From: Acutalibacteraceae bacterium
GTDB taxonomy: Bacteria > Bacillota > Clostridia > Oscillospirales > Acutalibacteraceae
Length of the DNA: 24,468 bases
Assembly: GCA_036308305.1 (NCBI GenBank)
Contig: JAXJVX010000301.1
Location: forward strand, 1 to 24,468
Reading direction: 5' to 3'
A model generated the notes under the pieces. It was not told the origin of the DNA, made no database searches, and saw nothing but the letters and a program-made list of their open reading frames with translations. Shown here one piece after another: positions 10,530 through 20,012 of the stretch. How positions within the stretch are numbered: position 1 is the first letter of the stretch; every line of letters begins with the position of its first letter. The position numbers and the translations under genes were made by a program.

Positions 10530-10629
10530 GCACTTTATTAATTTAATTTATATATATAATTAAATTATATATACATTATAAAGAAAAAGTTTGAGCTTTA
10601 AAAAATTTTTGAATTTTTATATTTTTTTG

Positions 10630-10659
10630 TTGACATAAGTGGTATTTATGGGTTATAAT
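10630..10659 (+). promoter_or_regulatory. SigA-type rpmH operon promoter
   Basis: TTGACA (10630-10635) - 18 bp - TATAAT (10654-10659), with an AT-rich upstream tract. Confidence 0.75.
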
Positions 10660-10760
10660 TCAAAAATAGCGCAAGCATTAGAATGCCGGAGTGTGCGGAT
10701 TTATCGTATTTCTTATCCGGTTGCTTTAATTAATTTTGATTTTGACGAGGTGATTTTAAA

Positions 10761-10895
10761 ATGTTGAGAACATATCAGCCCAAGAAGCTTCATCGTAAAA
10801 AGATACACGGCTTCAGAAAAAGAATGGCAGATGCTAACGGCCGTAAGGTACTTTCACGCCGTAGAGCAAAGGGAAGAAAGCAGCTTTCTTATTAA
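10761..10895 (+). CDS. rpmH: 50S ribosomal protein L34 (absent from the ORF track)
   Basis: [53 protein letters not shown]. Confidence 0.97.
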   Translation: MLRTYQPKKLHRKKIHGFRKRMADANGRKVLSRRRAKGRKQLSY

Positions 10896-10929
10896 TTCGG
10901 ATATTTGAGTTAAAGAAGGTTATTTTTCA

Positions 10930-11289
10930 GTGCCGGAGTTTATTACTCTAAATGAGAACAGGGAATTTAAGCGTGTTTATAACCGCGCAACATCATATGT
11001 CAGTCCTGCGCTGGTAGTTTATTTCATAAAAAACCGCGCGGGATTTTCCCGCTTTGGGATAACGGTTACTAAAAAGATCGGCTGTGCAGTAAAACGCAAC
11101 AGGGCAAAGCGTGTTATCCGTGAAGCTATAAGAGCTTGCGCCGCAAATATTAACGGCAATTATGATTTTGTGTTGGTTGCGAGAACCAGAACAGCATATG
11201 TAAAAAGCGGCGAAGTAGTATCCGCTTTCAGAGACATCCTTAAAAAAGCCGGTATTTATAATGAAAATAATACTGAAACTCATAATTAA
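10930..11289 (+). CDS. rnpA: Ribonuclease P protein component
   Basis: [25 protein letters not shown] (RNR motif); GTG start. Confidence 0.96.
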   Translation: MPEFITLNENREFKRVYNRATSYVSPALVVYFIKNRAGFSRFGITVTKKIGCAVKRNRAKRVIREAIRACAANINGNYDFVLVARTRTAYVKSGEVVSAFRDILKKAGIYNENNTETHN

Positions 11290-11500
11290 ATTTTACAAAA
11301 AATTTATTTCCCCTATTTTTCCGGCACAGTGCAGGTTTTATCCTACCTGTTCACAGTACGCACTTGATGCAATAGAGATACACGGTGCCGTAAAGGGTTC
11401 GTATCTTGCAGTAAAAAGGATCTGCAGATGCCATCCTTATTCTAAAAAATGCGGGTATGATCCCGTTCCTCAAAAAAAGGATAAGAAAACCGATAAATGA
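11261..11500 (+). CDS. yidD: Membrane protein insertion efficiency factor
   Basis: [24 protein letters not shown]. Confidence 0.95.
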   Translation: MKIILKLIIKFYKKFISPIFPAQCRFYPTCSQYALDAIEIHGAVKGSYLAVKRICRCHPYSKKCGYDPVPQKKDKKTDK

Positions 11501-11538
11501 TTGTATGACGCTTTTTACAGCGACAAGGTGAATGAAAA

Positions 11539-12303
11539 ATGTTTGATATTATTGCTATACCTTTTGAGTATATTCTCAATTTTTTTGAGAGCATTACCGG
11601 CAACTATGCCGTGGCTATTATTTTATTTACTGTTGCAGTTCAGCTGCTTATGTTCCCGTTGAGTGTAAAACAGCAGAAATCAATGGCAAAGCAGGCAAAG
11701 CTGCGTCCGAAGCTTGATGCATTGAAAGAAAAATGCGGTGATGACCGTCAGAAATATTCAATGGAAATGAATGAGCTTTATCAGCGTGAAAACATCAGTC
11801 CTATGGGCGGTTGTATGCCGATGCTAATTCGTATGCTTTTGTTGCTCGGCGTGTATCAGGCGGTAAGAAATATGGTTGGTAATACAAATGTTGATACCTC
11901 AAGCTTTATGCTTTTCGGTATTGATCTGTCTGAACCGCTCAAATTTTCGACGGATATTATTCACAATTTTAATATTAACTGGATATTGGCTATTATTTGT
12001 TTCGTTACATCATTTTTGTCAATGTATATTTCAAATAAACAGCAGCAGCATATCAATCCGGATATGCAGCAGCAGGGCGGCTCAATGAAGGGTATGATGT
12101 TTATTTTCCCCTTTATGTCGTTGTTTATCTGCTTCTCGGTTCAAGGCGCATTTGCGTTTTATTGGATCTGTTCAAACGTTATCAATACAGCAGTACAGCT
12201 TATAGTAAACAATTTCTTCTCTGCAGATAAGATAATTGCTAAGGAAACCGCTCAGCTCGGCAAAGAAATGCGCGATAAAGAGCGTGAAAGGACTGCTGAA
12301 TAA
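11539..12303 (+). CDS. yidC: YidC/Oxa1/SpoIIIJ membrane insertase
   Basis: FPLSVKQQKSM, coiled-coil, PMGGCMP, FYWICSN; canonical operon position. Confidence 0.93.
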   Translation: MFDIIAIPFEYILNFFESITGNYAVAIILFTVAVQLLMFPLSVKQQKSMAKQAKLRPKLDALKEKCGDDRQKYSMEMNELYQRENISPMGGCMPMLIRMLLLLGVYQAVRNMVGNTNVDTSSFMLFGIDLSEPLKFSTDIIHNFNINWILAIICFVTSFLSMYISNKQQQHINPDMQQQGGSMKGMMFIFPFMSLFICFSVQGAFAFYWICSNVINTAVQLIVNNFFSADKIIAKETAQLGKEMRDKERERTAE

Positions 12304-12342
12304 TTCAGTTCTTGTGTATTTTGAAAGGAAAGATTATTTAAA

Positions 12343-13257
12343 ATGATTATAGAGGCAACAGCAACCGGCAAAACGGTTGAAGAAGCAAAGGAAGCAGCCC
12401 TTTTGTCACTTGGTCTTAATGTTGATGATATTGAGGCTGATTTCGAGGTTATTTCGCTTCCGACAAAAAAGGTTCTGGGTATTTTCGGCGGTTCACCTGC
12501 AAAGGTAAGAGTTTTTAAGGAAGTGCCGGATAATGTCAAGGTAGAAAAGACAGTAAAGCCTGCTGCTAAAAAAGCGCCGGCAAAAAAAGAGGTAAAAAAG
12601 GAGTCTGCTGTTGCAGCAGCAACTGATGAGCCGAAGGTAGAGTGTTCAAAGGAACGCATTGACACAACAGTTAAGTATCTTCACGATGTGCTTATAAATA
12701 TGGGTGTAAGTGAAGTTAAGGTTGAGCCTATCTTTGAAAAGGACGGCATAAAGCTTAATTTCGACGGTAAAAATCTTGGTGTTGCTATCGGCAGAAAGGG
12801 TGAAACACTTGATGCTTTGCAGCATCTTGTATCACTCGTTGCAAACAGAGGAAGCGATGCTTATGTAAGAGTTTCGCTCAATACCGGCGGATACCGTGAA
12901 AAGCGTGAGGATGCGCTTGTAGCTATTGCTAAAAAGAGTGCTTCACAGGCGCAGAGAAGTAACAGAAATGTTATTCTTGAACCTATGAATTCATATGAGC
13001 GCAGAATTATTCATAATGTAGTTCAGGAGATTGACGGCGTTATGAGCTGGTCCATCGGTGAAAATGAACACAGACGAGTTTGTATCGGCACAAGTAAGGA
13101 TAATAAGCCTTTCCGTGAAAGCAGAGGCCACCGTTCAAACGACCGCAGAGGCCGTAACGATCGCAGACCGTCAAACAGAGTTGATGCACCTGTTACCCGT
13201 CAACCAAAGAAGGATACAGAGGGTGCGGCGCTCTATGGTAAGATAGAAGTAAAATAA
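12343..13257 (+). CDS. jag: Jag/KhpB/EloR RNA-binding protein (Jag_N, KH, R3H)
   Basis: GKTVEEA..KKVLGIFG, IGRKGETLDALQ, PMNSYERRIIH. Confidence 0.95.
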   Translation: MIIEATATGKTVEEAKEAALLSLGLNVDDIEADFEVISLPTKKVLGIFGGSPAKVRVFKEVPDNVKVEKTVKPAAKKAPAKKEVKKESAVAAATDEPKVECSKERIDTTVKYLHDVLINMGVSEVKVEPIFEKDGIKLNFDGKNLGVAIGRKGETLDALQHLVSLVANRGSDAYVRVSLNTGGYREKREDALVAIAKKSASQAQRSNRNVILEPMNSYERRIIHNVVQEIDGVMSWSIGENEHRRVCIGTSKDNKPFRESRGHRSNDRRGRNDRRPSNRVDAPVTRQPKKDTEGAALYGKIEVK

Positions 13258-13269
13258 TTTATAAATGAT

Positions 13270-13298
13270 GAAAGAGCAGATTTTAAATCTGCTCTTTC
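13270..13298. terminator. Likely bidirectional terminator between jag and the PAP2 gene
   Basis: GAAAGAGCAGATTT/AAATCTGCTCTTTC inverted repeat between convergent genes. Confidence 0.8.
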
Positions 13299-13304
13299 GT
13301 TATT

Positions 13305-14225
13305 TCATCGTTTATTTTTATCAAGTTTTGAAAAGAATCTGAATGTCAACGGCCAAACGCAGGTTGCAAACAGTACCATAAAGAAGTACGATAAAAACCG
13401 TGAAAATGGCTCATACGGAATAAGTCCAAAGACGGCATAGCAGATGTTTTTTACCGCAATAGTCAGACTGAGACCTCCTACCAGTTTAATTATCTGTGCC
13501 CACCAGACAGCCTTTGTTTCAAATTTAATATATCGGCGGTCAAGCTCAAACATCACTGCAAAACCGGAGACTGCGCCTGCCATTTTATATGCGTTTTTAA
13601 GACTGCTGTAAAGTTCTTTTTCACTTAATCCATCGGAAAACGGGAAAAACTCCATAAACAATATCTGAAGAATTGACCATAACAGCATTATACCTATAAA
13701 ACAATACATCACCTTATAATTTTTCTTTGCTTTTTTGATAAGCGGATATAGTGCAAATATCAAAATCGCTCCAATCACCAGCGAAACGATAACATCTGCC
13801 GGTGTATGTACACCGAGATACATTCTTGAAAATGCAACAAGTGCAATAATTATAATACTTACTATGCGCAGAATATTATTTTTTGTCCACCGTGCAACTG
13901 CTCCAAAGCAGCCGGTCGCACTTTGTGTATGTCCGCTCGGAAATGAATATCCCGCCGCCATGTCGGCCGAGCCCTCAACAATAGTAAATGACGGATCACG
14001 CACCCACGGACGATCAATTTTGAAAATAACTTTTAGCATTTGGTTAAGCTGTGTGCCGATGAAGCCTACGGACAGCATAAAGTAGCCATAGTATTTGTCA
14101 ACACACCATAATAGGTACAATGAAAGCACCAAAAATACAGTTTCTTCACCGAGCGTGGTAACGGTAAGCATTATTTTATCAAGAACGGGATTGCGAAGTC
14201 CTTCTAATAAGTACAGAAAATCCAT
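13305..14225 (-). CDS. PAP2-family membrane phosphatase
   Basis: KVIFKIDRP, FPSGH and SRMYLGVH catalytic motifs; multiple TM helices; AGGAGG RBS. Confidence 0.92.
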   Translation of the reverse strand: MDFLYLLEGLRNPVLDKIMLTVTTLGEETVFLVLSLYLLWCVDKYYGYFMLSVGFIGTQLNQMLKVIFKIDRPWVRDPSFTIVEGSADMAAGYSFPSGHTQSATGCFGAVARWTKNNILRIVSIIIIALVAFSRMYLGVHTPADVIVSLVIGAILIFALYPLIKKAKKNYKVMYCFIGIMLLWSILQILFMEFFPFSDGLSEKELYSSLKNAYKMAGAVSGFAVMFELDRRYIKFETKAVWWAQIIKLVGGLSLTIAVKNICYAVFGLIPYEPFSRFLSYFFMVLFATCVWPLTFRFFSKLDKNKR

Positions 14226-14266
14226 ATAACTACCTCCTATGCAAATATATTATCAGCAGGATAGAC

Positions 14267-14638
14267 TTATTTCTGTAATTTCAATACCTCGATCAGCATC
14301 TTCCATGTCTGCTCGTCAGTATGGTGCTTTTCGCCGTAAGCTATAAGTTGAATAAGATAATCGTGATTTAATATGTATTCCATCTGTTTTTTAGGGAGTC
14401 TGCCGCGATCTGCTGCAGCCTTGAAATAGAACTGCTCTTTTTGCTCGTCGTCAAGCAACAGCTTTTGACAGTAAAGCTCAAGATCACTGTCTTCCGGCGG
14501 CGAAAGATTAACACCTCTTTCAAGATTACTTATATACTGCTTTGTTTTACCGACGGCATTTGCAAGGTCCTCTTGTTCAATACCGGCACTCACTCTTAAT
14601 TCTTTAAGATAAACACCAAACTGCGTCAATTTTTCCAT
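14267..14638 (-). CDS. XRE/Cro-C1 helix-turn-helix transcriptional regulator
   Basis: LKELRVSAGIEQEDLANAVGKTKQYISNLERG; start placed at ATG 14638 behind GAGGTG (14646-14651). Confidence 0.9.
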   Translation of the reverse strand: MEKLTQFGVYLKELRVSAGIEQEDLANAVGKTKQYISNLERGVNLSPPEDSDLELYCQKLLLDDEQKEQFYFKAAADRGRLPKKQMEYILNHDYLIQLIAYGEKHHTDEQTWKMLIEVLKLQK

Positions 14639-14665
14639 AAAACCACACCTCATATTGATAAATTA

Positions 14666-14695
14666 CAGTAAATCAATCAATTGATTGATTTACTG
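14666..14695. repeat. 30-bp perfect palindrome, copy 2 (putative operator in the XRE leader)
   Basis: CAGTAAATCAATCAA|TTGATTGATTTACTG. Confidence 0.9.
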
Positions 14696-14706
14696 ATTTT
14701 GTGCTA

Positions 14707-14734
14707 ATTATATCACATTTTCAACGATTTACAA
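14707..14734 (-). promoter_or_regulatory. SigA-type promoter of the XRE gene
   Basis: TTGTAA (14729-14734) - 16 bp - TGnTATAAT (14707-14712), between the two palindromes. Confidence 0.65.
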
Positions 14735-14753
14735 GTGTTTTTAGCTTAAAAAT

Positions 14754-14781
14754 AGTCAATTAATCAATTGATTAATTGACT
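14754..14781. repeat. 28-bp perfect palindrome, copy 3 (putative operator upstream of the -35)
   Basis: AGTCAATTAATCAA|TTGATTAATTGACT. Confidence 0.9.
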
Positions 14782-14786
14782 GATGT

Positions 14787-14832
14787 ATAAATAAAACTTC
14801 CGTTGGCAATGTGTCCTGAACATCAACGGAAG
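14787..14832 (-). terminator. Probable terminator after dedA
   Basis: CTTCCGTTG (14797-14805) / CAACGGAAG (14824-14832) with an inner ATGT/ACAT pair; T-rich tail on the minus strand. Confidence 0.5.
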
Positions 14833-14844
14833 CTTGATCTGCAT

Positions 14845-15492
14845 TTACTTTTTCAATACGAATTTTGAGATAAGTGCGGATATTATCGCAGTAAGTATAG
14901 TGAGAGCGGAGAAGCCGAGTACGATCGTGCCGAAATAGTCTTTCACAAACGGTATATTTCCGAAGAAATAGCCGATACAGCAGTACAAAACACTCCAAAT
15001 CACTACGCCGATAGCGTTATGCTTTATAAACCATTCATAGCTTTTATCGCTGGTGCCAGTGACGAACGGAGCGAGCGAACGCAAAAGAGGTACAAACCTG
15101 CCGATTACTACTGCTGTTCCTTTTGTGCGTTCGAGCATCAGGGTGGCTTTTTCAAGATTTGATGATTTTATAAACAGTATTTTTTGATTGTTATTTACTG
15201 CGTTACGCAGTTTTCTGCCTATACAGAAATTGACCGAATCCCCGAGTGCGGCGGCGACTGCGAACACGACGAGAAGCAGCGGAAAATTTAATGAATTATT
15301 GACACTTGCAAGAGCGCAGGCGGCGAACAGAACTGCATCTGACGGTAAAAATACGGTTACTACAAAAGCGGTTTCCGCAAATACTACAAAACCCATCGCA
15401 AGATATGCAAAAATACCTATATTATCAATTATCTGCTCAAGATGGACATCCATATGAAGCAGATATTCCCAGAGAGTTTGTAAGAATTCCAT
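14845..15492 (-). CDS. DedA/VTT-domain membrane protein
   Basis: VFAETAF..FLPSDAVLF, AALGDSVNFCIG, GRFVPLLRSLAPF. Confidence 0.92.
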   Translation of the reverse strand: MEFLQTLWEYLLHMDVHLEQIIDNIGIFAYLAMGFVVFAETAFVVTVFLPSDAVLFAACALASVNNSLNFPLLLVVFAVAAALGDSVNFCIGRKLRNAVNNNQKILFIKSSNLEKATLMLERTKGTAVVIGRFVPLLRSLAPFVTGTSDKSYEWFIKHNAIGVVIWSVLYCCIGYFFGNIPFVKDYFGTIVLGFSALTILTAIISALISKFVLKK

Positions 15493-15666
15493 ATAAAAAG
15501 ACCATATCTCCTTTAATTAAGTATGTTAATTATATCATAAATGCTCGAAATATGTATTAAAATTCTATTAACTCTTTGAACTTTCTTTGCAAAGTCGGTT
15601 GATTTGTGATTTTTTATGTGTTATTATTATTATGTAAAGGTATATAATAATTCGGAGGAAATGCGA

Positions 15667-17229
15667 ATGAGCAAAATAAAATATATTAATGGTATATATT
15701 TTACATATGCTATTATTTGCGGTGCATTTTCTTATGTGACTTTTGATACGATATTAAACTGCATAAGCGTGATAAATATATTATTTGGTGTCTGTGCTGC
15801 ATTGTTTATATATATTTTGCTTTTATTCCTTGATGATTTAAAGGATAATCACTGCTTTATTGGCAAAATCGTTAAGTTTTTAAATCATACTGCGACTTTG
15901 GCAGGCGTTATCGTAGCGGCATTCCGCTATTGGTATATGACCCACTTTCTTAATTATGTAATTTATTATGACACAAGCAGCTATGCTGATTATGAGCACA
16001 ATATACTTAGGGGTGAGGTCGATGTATTCCGCACGCCTGTTTATCCGCTTTTTTTAAAGTTGATAAGGAAGATCACCGGTATATTTAACGGTGAAGCAGA
16101 TTATTATAAGGCGGTCGTGGCTGCGCAGATCATGATCTCGTTCGTTAGTGTAATAATTTTTTATTTTGCTTTATCAAAGCTGTTTAAAAACAAGTGGGTA
16201 ATATTTTCTGCAACGCTTTTATTCGGCTGTAATCCGCTGATAATCCAATGGGATAACTGCATACTTACTGAGTCGCTTTCCGTTTTTATGACGGTGTTTT
16301 TCCTATATATTATGCTGGATTATCTTAAAAATCCAACGAAGCTTGAAGCGATTTTAATGAGCTTGCTTAGCTTCTGTATGGTGATGTTGAGACCTACATT
16401 TATCTATCTGTTTGCGATACTCGGTGTATTTTTTGTTACGAGATTCATACTTTTTTCGAAAGACCGCATAAAATCGGTATGTGGAGCAATATCGCTTATT
16501 GTGGCTGTTTGTCTGACGCTTGGCTACTGTCAGCTCAACAAGAATACCAACGGGTATTTCGGTATCAGCTCGGTATCGACAACGGTAAATCAGCTTTACA
16601 TCGTAATGCAAAACGGAATTACCGACAATCCTGATTATCCCGATATAACTTACTATATCGAATTCGGTATGGAATACAGTGATAACTATATCGGTGATAT
16701 AATTGAGCCTGCCGGAGAAATATACGGTTATACCGAGATCGAAAACTATGTGAACGGTTGTATTGCAGCCAATCGTGATATATATAATGAATATACAAAA
16801 AACAAGTTTTTGGATGTTATACCGCAGCAAATGACGGTGCAGTATTCAGTATACAATTCCGAGTTTGAGAATTTTGCAAGAGCGGATCAATTATTGCTGT
16901 AGTCGCTTTTCCCGTTTACATTTTTGTCTGTATTTATCATAATAGCGGTTACCGTGGCATTTGCCATAGGTGTGCTTATTGTAAAACGGCGCATATTATG
17001 GCAGATCATCGGTATATCAGCGGTTGCGTTCTCGCATATATTTGTATCTATATACGGCTCAATGGCGGAATATCAGCGGTTAAGTCTTATGGCGGTGCCG
17101 TGCATTATTGCAATAATATTCTTCTTTATTGATGCCGCGGTCGGATCAATGGAGAAAAAAACGGCAAGCAAGAGGCTTGATAGCTATTCGCTGCCAGTCA
17201 AGATCAAAAATAAGGAGGAAACACAATGA
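15667..17229 (+). pseudogene. Polytopic membrane protein, GT-C/ArnT-PMT-like glycosyltransferase, interrupted by one in-frame TAG (16900-16902)
   Basis: ORFs 15616..16902 and 16924..17229 share a frame, joined by CTG TAG TCG CTT TTC CCG TTT ACA TTT TTG; motifs YDTSSY, RTPVYPLFL, ILTESL, LRP; GGAGG RBS before ATG 15667. Family call is by motif resemblance only. Confidence 0.6.
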
Positions 17230-18122
17230 ATGCAGTTCTTGATTTTGTAAAAAGCATTTGGAACGATATAATCGTTCTGATATTTTCCTCAAACAATATT
17301 TTATTTGACCTTTTGGATATCGCTATCGTTACTTTTATTATTTATAAAGTAGTGCAGTATATACGGCAGACGAGAGCACAACAGCTTATCCAGGGTTTAC
17401 TGGTATTCTTTGTTGCATATGTTGTGGCTCAATGGCTCAATCTCAAAGCATTGATGTGGATAATGTCGATGGTTTATTTGAATTTGATCGTAGTTGTTGT
17501 AATCCTGTTTCAACCGGAACTGCGGTCATTGCTCGAAAAGATAGGCAGGAGCGGTAACATAAGAAATTTGGGCAAGGGCATACTCGGCGTTGAGGAGAAT
17601 GATGACAAGCCTCGTCAGATAAGCGAGATATGCTCGGCATGTGCATATATGAGCAGGTTTAAGGTAGGCGCACTTATAGTTTTTGAGCGTCACACAAGAT
17701 TGAATGATATCGTTGCAAGCGGCACCGTTACCGATGCAAAGATAACAAATAGCCTTATATGTAATATATTCTTTAAAAATTCTCCGTTGCATGACGGCGC
17801 AATGATAATCAGCGAGGGCAGGATAAAAGCTGCCTCATGTATTTTGCCGCTGACACAGGATGTTGAGGTCGATCCGAGCCTCGGCACACGCCACCGTGCT
17901 GCACTTGGTATGAGCGAAAGCTCTGATGCGATAGTGGTTATCGTATCGGAAGAAACGGGTGTTATTTCCGTAGCACAAAACGGTGCAATAACACGTGGAT
18001 ATACGCTTGAAACGCTGAAGGAGATGCTTACTAAAGAGTTTATAGGCGATGAAGCAGATCAGAACAAAAAATCGAAGATAAAGAGCCTTATCAGAAAAGG
18101 AGGCACTTCGAATGAAAAATAA
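17226..18122 (+). CDS. cdaA: Diadenylate cyclase CdaA/DacA
   Basis: Three N-terminal TMs, FQPELR, PLHDGA, GTRHRAA, VSEETG. Confidence 0.96.
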   Translation: MNAVLDFVKSIWNDIIVLIFSSNNILFDLLDIAIVTFIIYKVVQYIRQTRAQQLIQGLLVFFVAYVVAQWLNLKALMWIMSMVYLNLIVVVVILFQPELRSLLEKIGRSGNIRNLGKGILGVEENDDKPRQISEICSACAYMSRFKVGALIVFERHTRLNDIVASGTVTDAKITNSLICNIFFKNSPLHDGAMIISEGRIKAASCILPLTQDVEVDPSLGTRHRAALGMSESSDAIVVIVSEETGVISVAQNGAITRGYTLETLKEMLTKEFIGDEADQNKKSKIKSLIRKGGTSNEK

Positions 18123-19365
18123 TCAGCCAAAGATAAAGAAAAGTGTATTTGATAACAATCGCTTTGTGCTTGCGATATCGCTTATTTTTGCAATCGTTTT
18201 ATGGATAACCGTAAGTCCGGAACGAAGTGTCACGGTTAATTATCCTATTAACATCACCACAGAAAACACCTCTGCCGGCGAGCTTGGTCTTAATGTAATT
18301 GAGGGGCAGGCTCAGAATATCAGCATCCGTGTTGAAGGCAAGTGGTATGTAATCGGTGAGCTTGATGCAGATGATTTTATCGTCAGCTATTCCCTTTCGG
18401 GTATCACAAAGGCAGGCGAATATGATGTTATGCTGACTGCAAGCAAGGCTTCTACCGGTGCAGATTATAACATCGTATCGGTTGAACCTTCAAAGGTAAA
18501 GGTTAAGTTTGACTTTATCAAGACTGCTGTATTTGCAGTTGAAGTTAAGGCAGACGAAATCGAAGCCAGCGAGGATCATATCCTTGGTGCACCGGTCATT
18601 GATTCTGGATTCAGTACGATTGAAATAAGCGGTCCGCTCAGCATTATCGACAGTATTGCCCGTGTTGAGGCGAGTGTTGATGCAAACGAAACGCTCTCAA
18701 CTTCAAAATCCTATACTGCACCTGTCAAGCTGTATGATGCTGCCGGCAAGGAGATAGATACAACGCTGCTGACATTGCCGTTCAACGAGGTTGATATCAC
18801 CGTGCCGATACACATTTCAAAGGAAGTGCCGATAAAGGCAACCTTCAAGAATGCGCCGGCGGCATACGTAGACGGTATCAGCTACTCACTGAATGTAAGT
18901 AAGGTTAAGATCAAGGGAACGAAAGAGGTTATCGACGGAATTACCGAAGTAACGCTGGACACCATTGATTTCTCGCAGTTATCGCCTGATAATAATAAGT
19001 TCAAGTTTACGCTGAATTTACCGACCGGCGTTGAGGCGATAGACGATATTCCTGAGATAACAGTTACTGTAAATATCAAAAACTTTGAGCAAAAAAGTGT
19101 TGATGTGACAAAGTTTACTGCGGTTAATACGCCATCAGGGATGACGGTCACGCCCGTTACCTCCAAAAAAGCGGTTACTTTGGTAGCGCCGTCTTCAGTC
19201 ATCGACAGCATCAAGGCTGGAGAGCTTTATCTTGAATATGATATGAGCGGTAAGACTGCCGCTTCAGGAGAAATGGTAGTTGATGCTTTTCTTAAATCCT
19301 CAAAATACAATAATATATGGGGTTACGGCACATATCAGATACAGGTTAAAGTCAATACAAAATAA
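18112..19365 (+). CDS. cdaR: CdaR/YbbR-domain regulator of CdaA
   Basis: N-terminal TM ISLIFAIVLWITV followed by repeated beta-rich YbbR-like domains; overlaps the end of cdaA. Confidence 0.88.
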   Translation: MKNNQPKIKKSVFDNNRFVLAISLIFAIVLWITVSPERSVTVNYPINITTENTSAGELGLNVIEGQAQNISIRVEGKWYVIGELDADDFIVSYSLSGITKAGEYDVMLTASKASTGADYNIVSVEPSKVKVKFDFIKTAVFAVEVKADEIEASEDHILGAPVIDSGFSTIEISGPLSIIDSIARVEASVDANETLSTSKSYTAPVKLYDAAGKEIDTTLLTLPFNEVDITVPIHISKEVPIKATFKNAPAAYVDGISYSLNVSKVKIKGTKEVIDGITEVTLDTIDFSQLSPDNNKFKFTLNLPTGVEAIDDIPEITVTVNIKNFEQKSVDVTKFTAVNTPSGMTVTPVTSKKAVTLVAPSSVIDSIKAGELYLEYDMSGKTAASGEMVVDAFLKSSKYNNIWGYGTYQIQVKVNTK

Positions 19366-19371
19366 AAGAGG

Positions 19372-19403
19372 ATCGGGAGTTCAGATATGAACTCCCGATT
19401 TTT
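19372..19403 (+). terminator. Terminator after cdaR
   Basis: ATCGGGAGTTCA-gata-TGAACTCCCGAT followed by a T-run. Confidence 0.8.
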
Positions 19404-19406
19404 GAT

Positions 19407-19443
19407 AAAAAAATAAGTCAGGTATAACTGTTATACCTGACTT
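19407..19443 (-). terminator. Terminator after the cyclase gene
   Basis: AAGTCAGGTATAAC-t-GTTATACCTGACTT (19415-19443) preceded by an A-run. Confidence 0.75.
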
Positions 19444-19448
19444 TCGGT

Positions 19449-20012
19449 TTATATGAATAAATAATCTGCAATAAGTATTGCACGACAGGGTGCGCCATCC
19501 GCACCATTGATCTTAAGCGGGGAAGCAGAAAGAAAATAGTTGCCGTCTTTGACCTTATGCAGATCAAGTCCCTCAATAATGACGATATTGTGACGCAGCA
19601 GTATTTCGTGTGTACGATCATCACCTATCGAGCAGCATTCTGTGCCGATAAGCCGCACACCTTTATCAATAAGCTCGGTTGCCGAGAACTCATTGAGGAC
19701 AGCGTTTCCCTTTATCAGCACTCGCTCGCAGGCAAATCTTGTGTTTTCATATACCTCATCGGCACTGACAACATCGTCCTTTACGCTGATAACGGTGCAT
19801 TTGCCGAAAAACAGCTCAACAGGAAGATCTGCAATGCTGCTTCCGTCGGGAATATAGTGCGACGGTGCATCTATGTGGGTTGCATTGTGAAGACACATAT
19901 TAATATCGCTCACTGTGCAAGTCCCCTGCTGTTTTGCCGTGAGCTGCGGCACCGTATCCCCCGGATAGACGGATGCCGAAAGCAATTCACGGGTTATATC
20001 GTATATTTTCAT
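19449..20012 (-). CDS. Cyclase-family metal-dependent hydrolase (KynB-like)
   Basis: VYPGD, HNATHIDAPSH, HEILL..IIEGL, GADGAPCRAI; ATGA overlap with serS. Confidence 0.9.
   Translation of the reverse strand: MKIYDITRELLSASVYPGDTVPQLTAKQQGTCTVSDINMCLHNATHIDAPSHYIPDGSSIADLPVELFFGKCTVISVKDDVVSADEVYENTRFACERVLIKGNAVLNEFSATELIDKGVRLIGTECCSIGDDRTHEILLRHNIVIIEGLDLHKVKDGNYFLSASPLKINGADGAPCRAILIADYLFI

Noticed and set aside
869..14781. The three palindromes as CRISPR repeats or IS terminal inverted repeats
   Set aside because: There is no regular repeat-spacer array (only two adjacent copies, separated by a promoter), and no cas or transposase gene was seen in the window.
14756..14998. 80-aa minus-strand ORF overlapping the dedA end
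   Set aside because: Alternative frame of dedA running through a terminator-like hairpin and the palindrome; no coding features.
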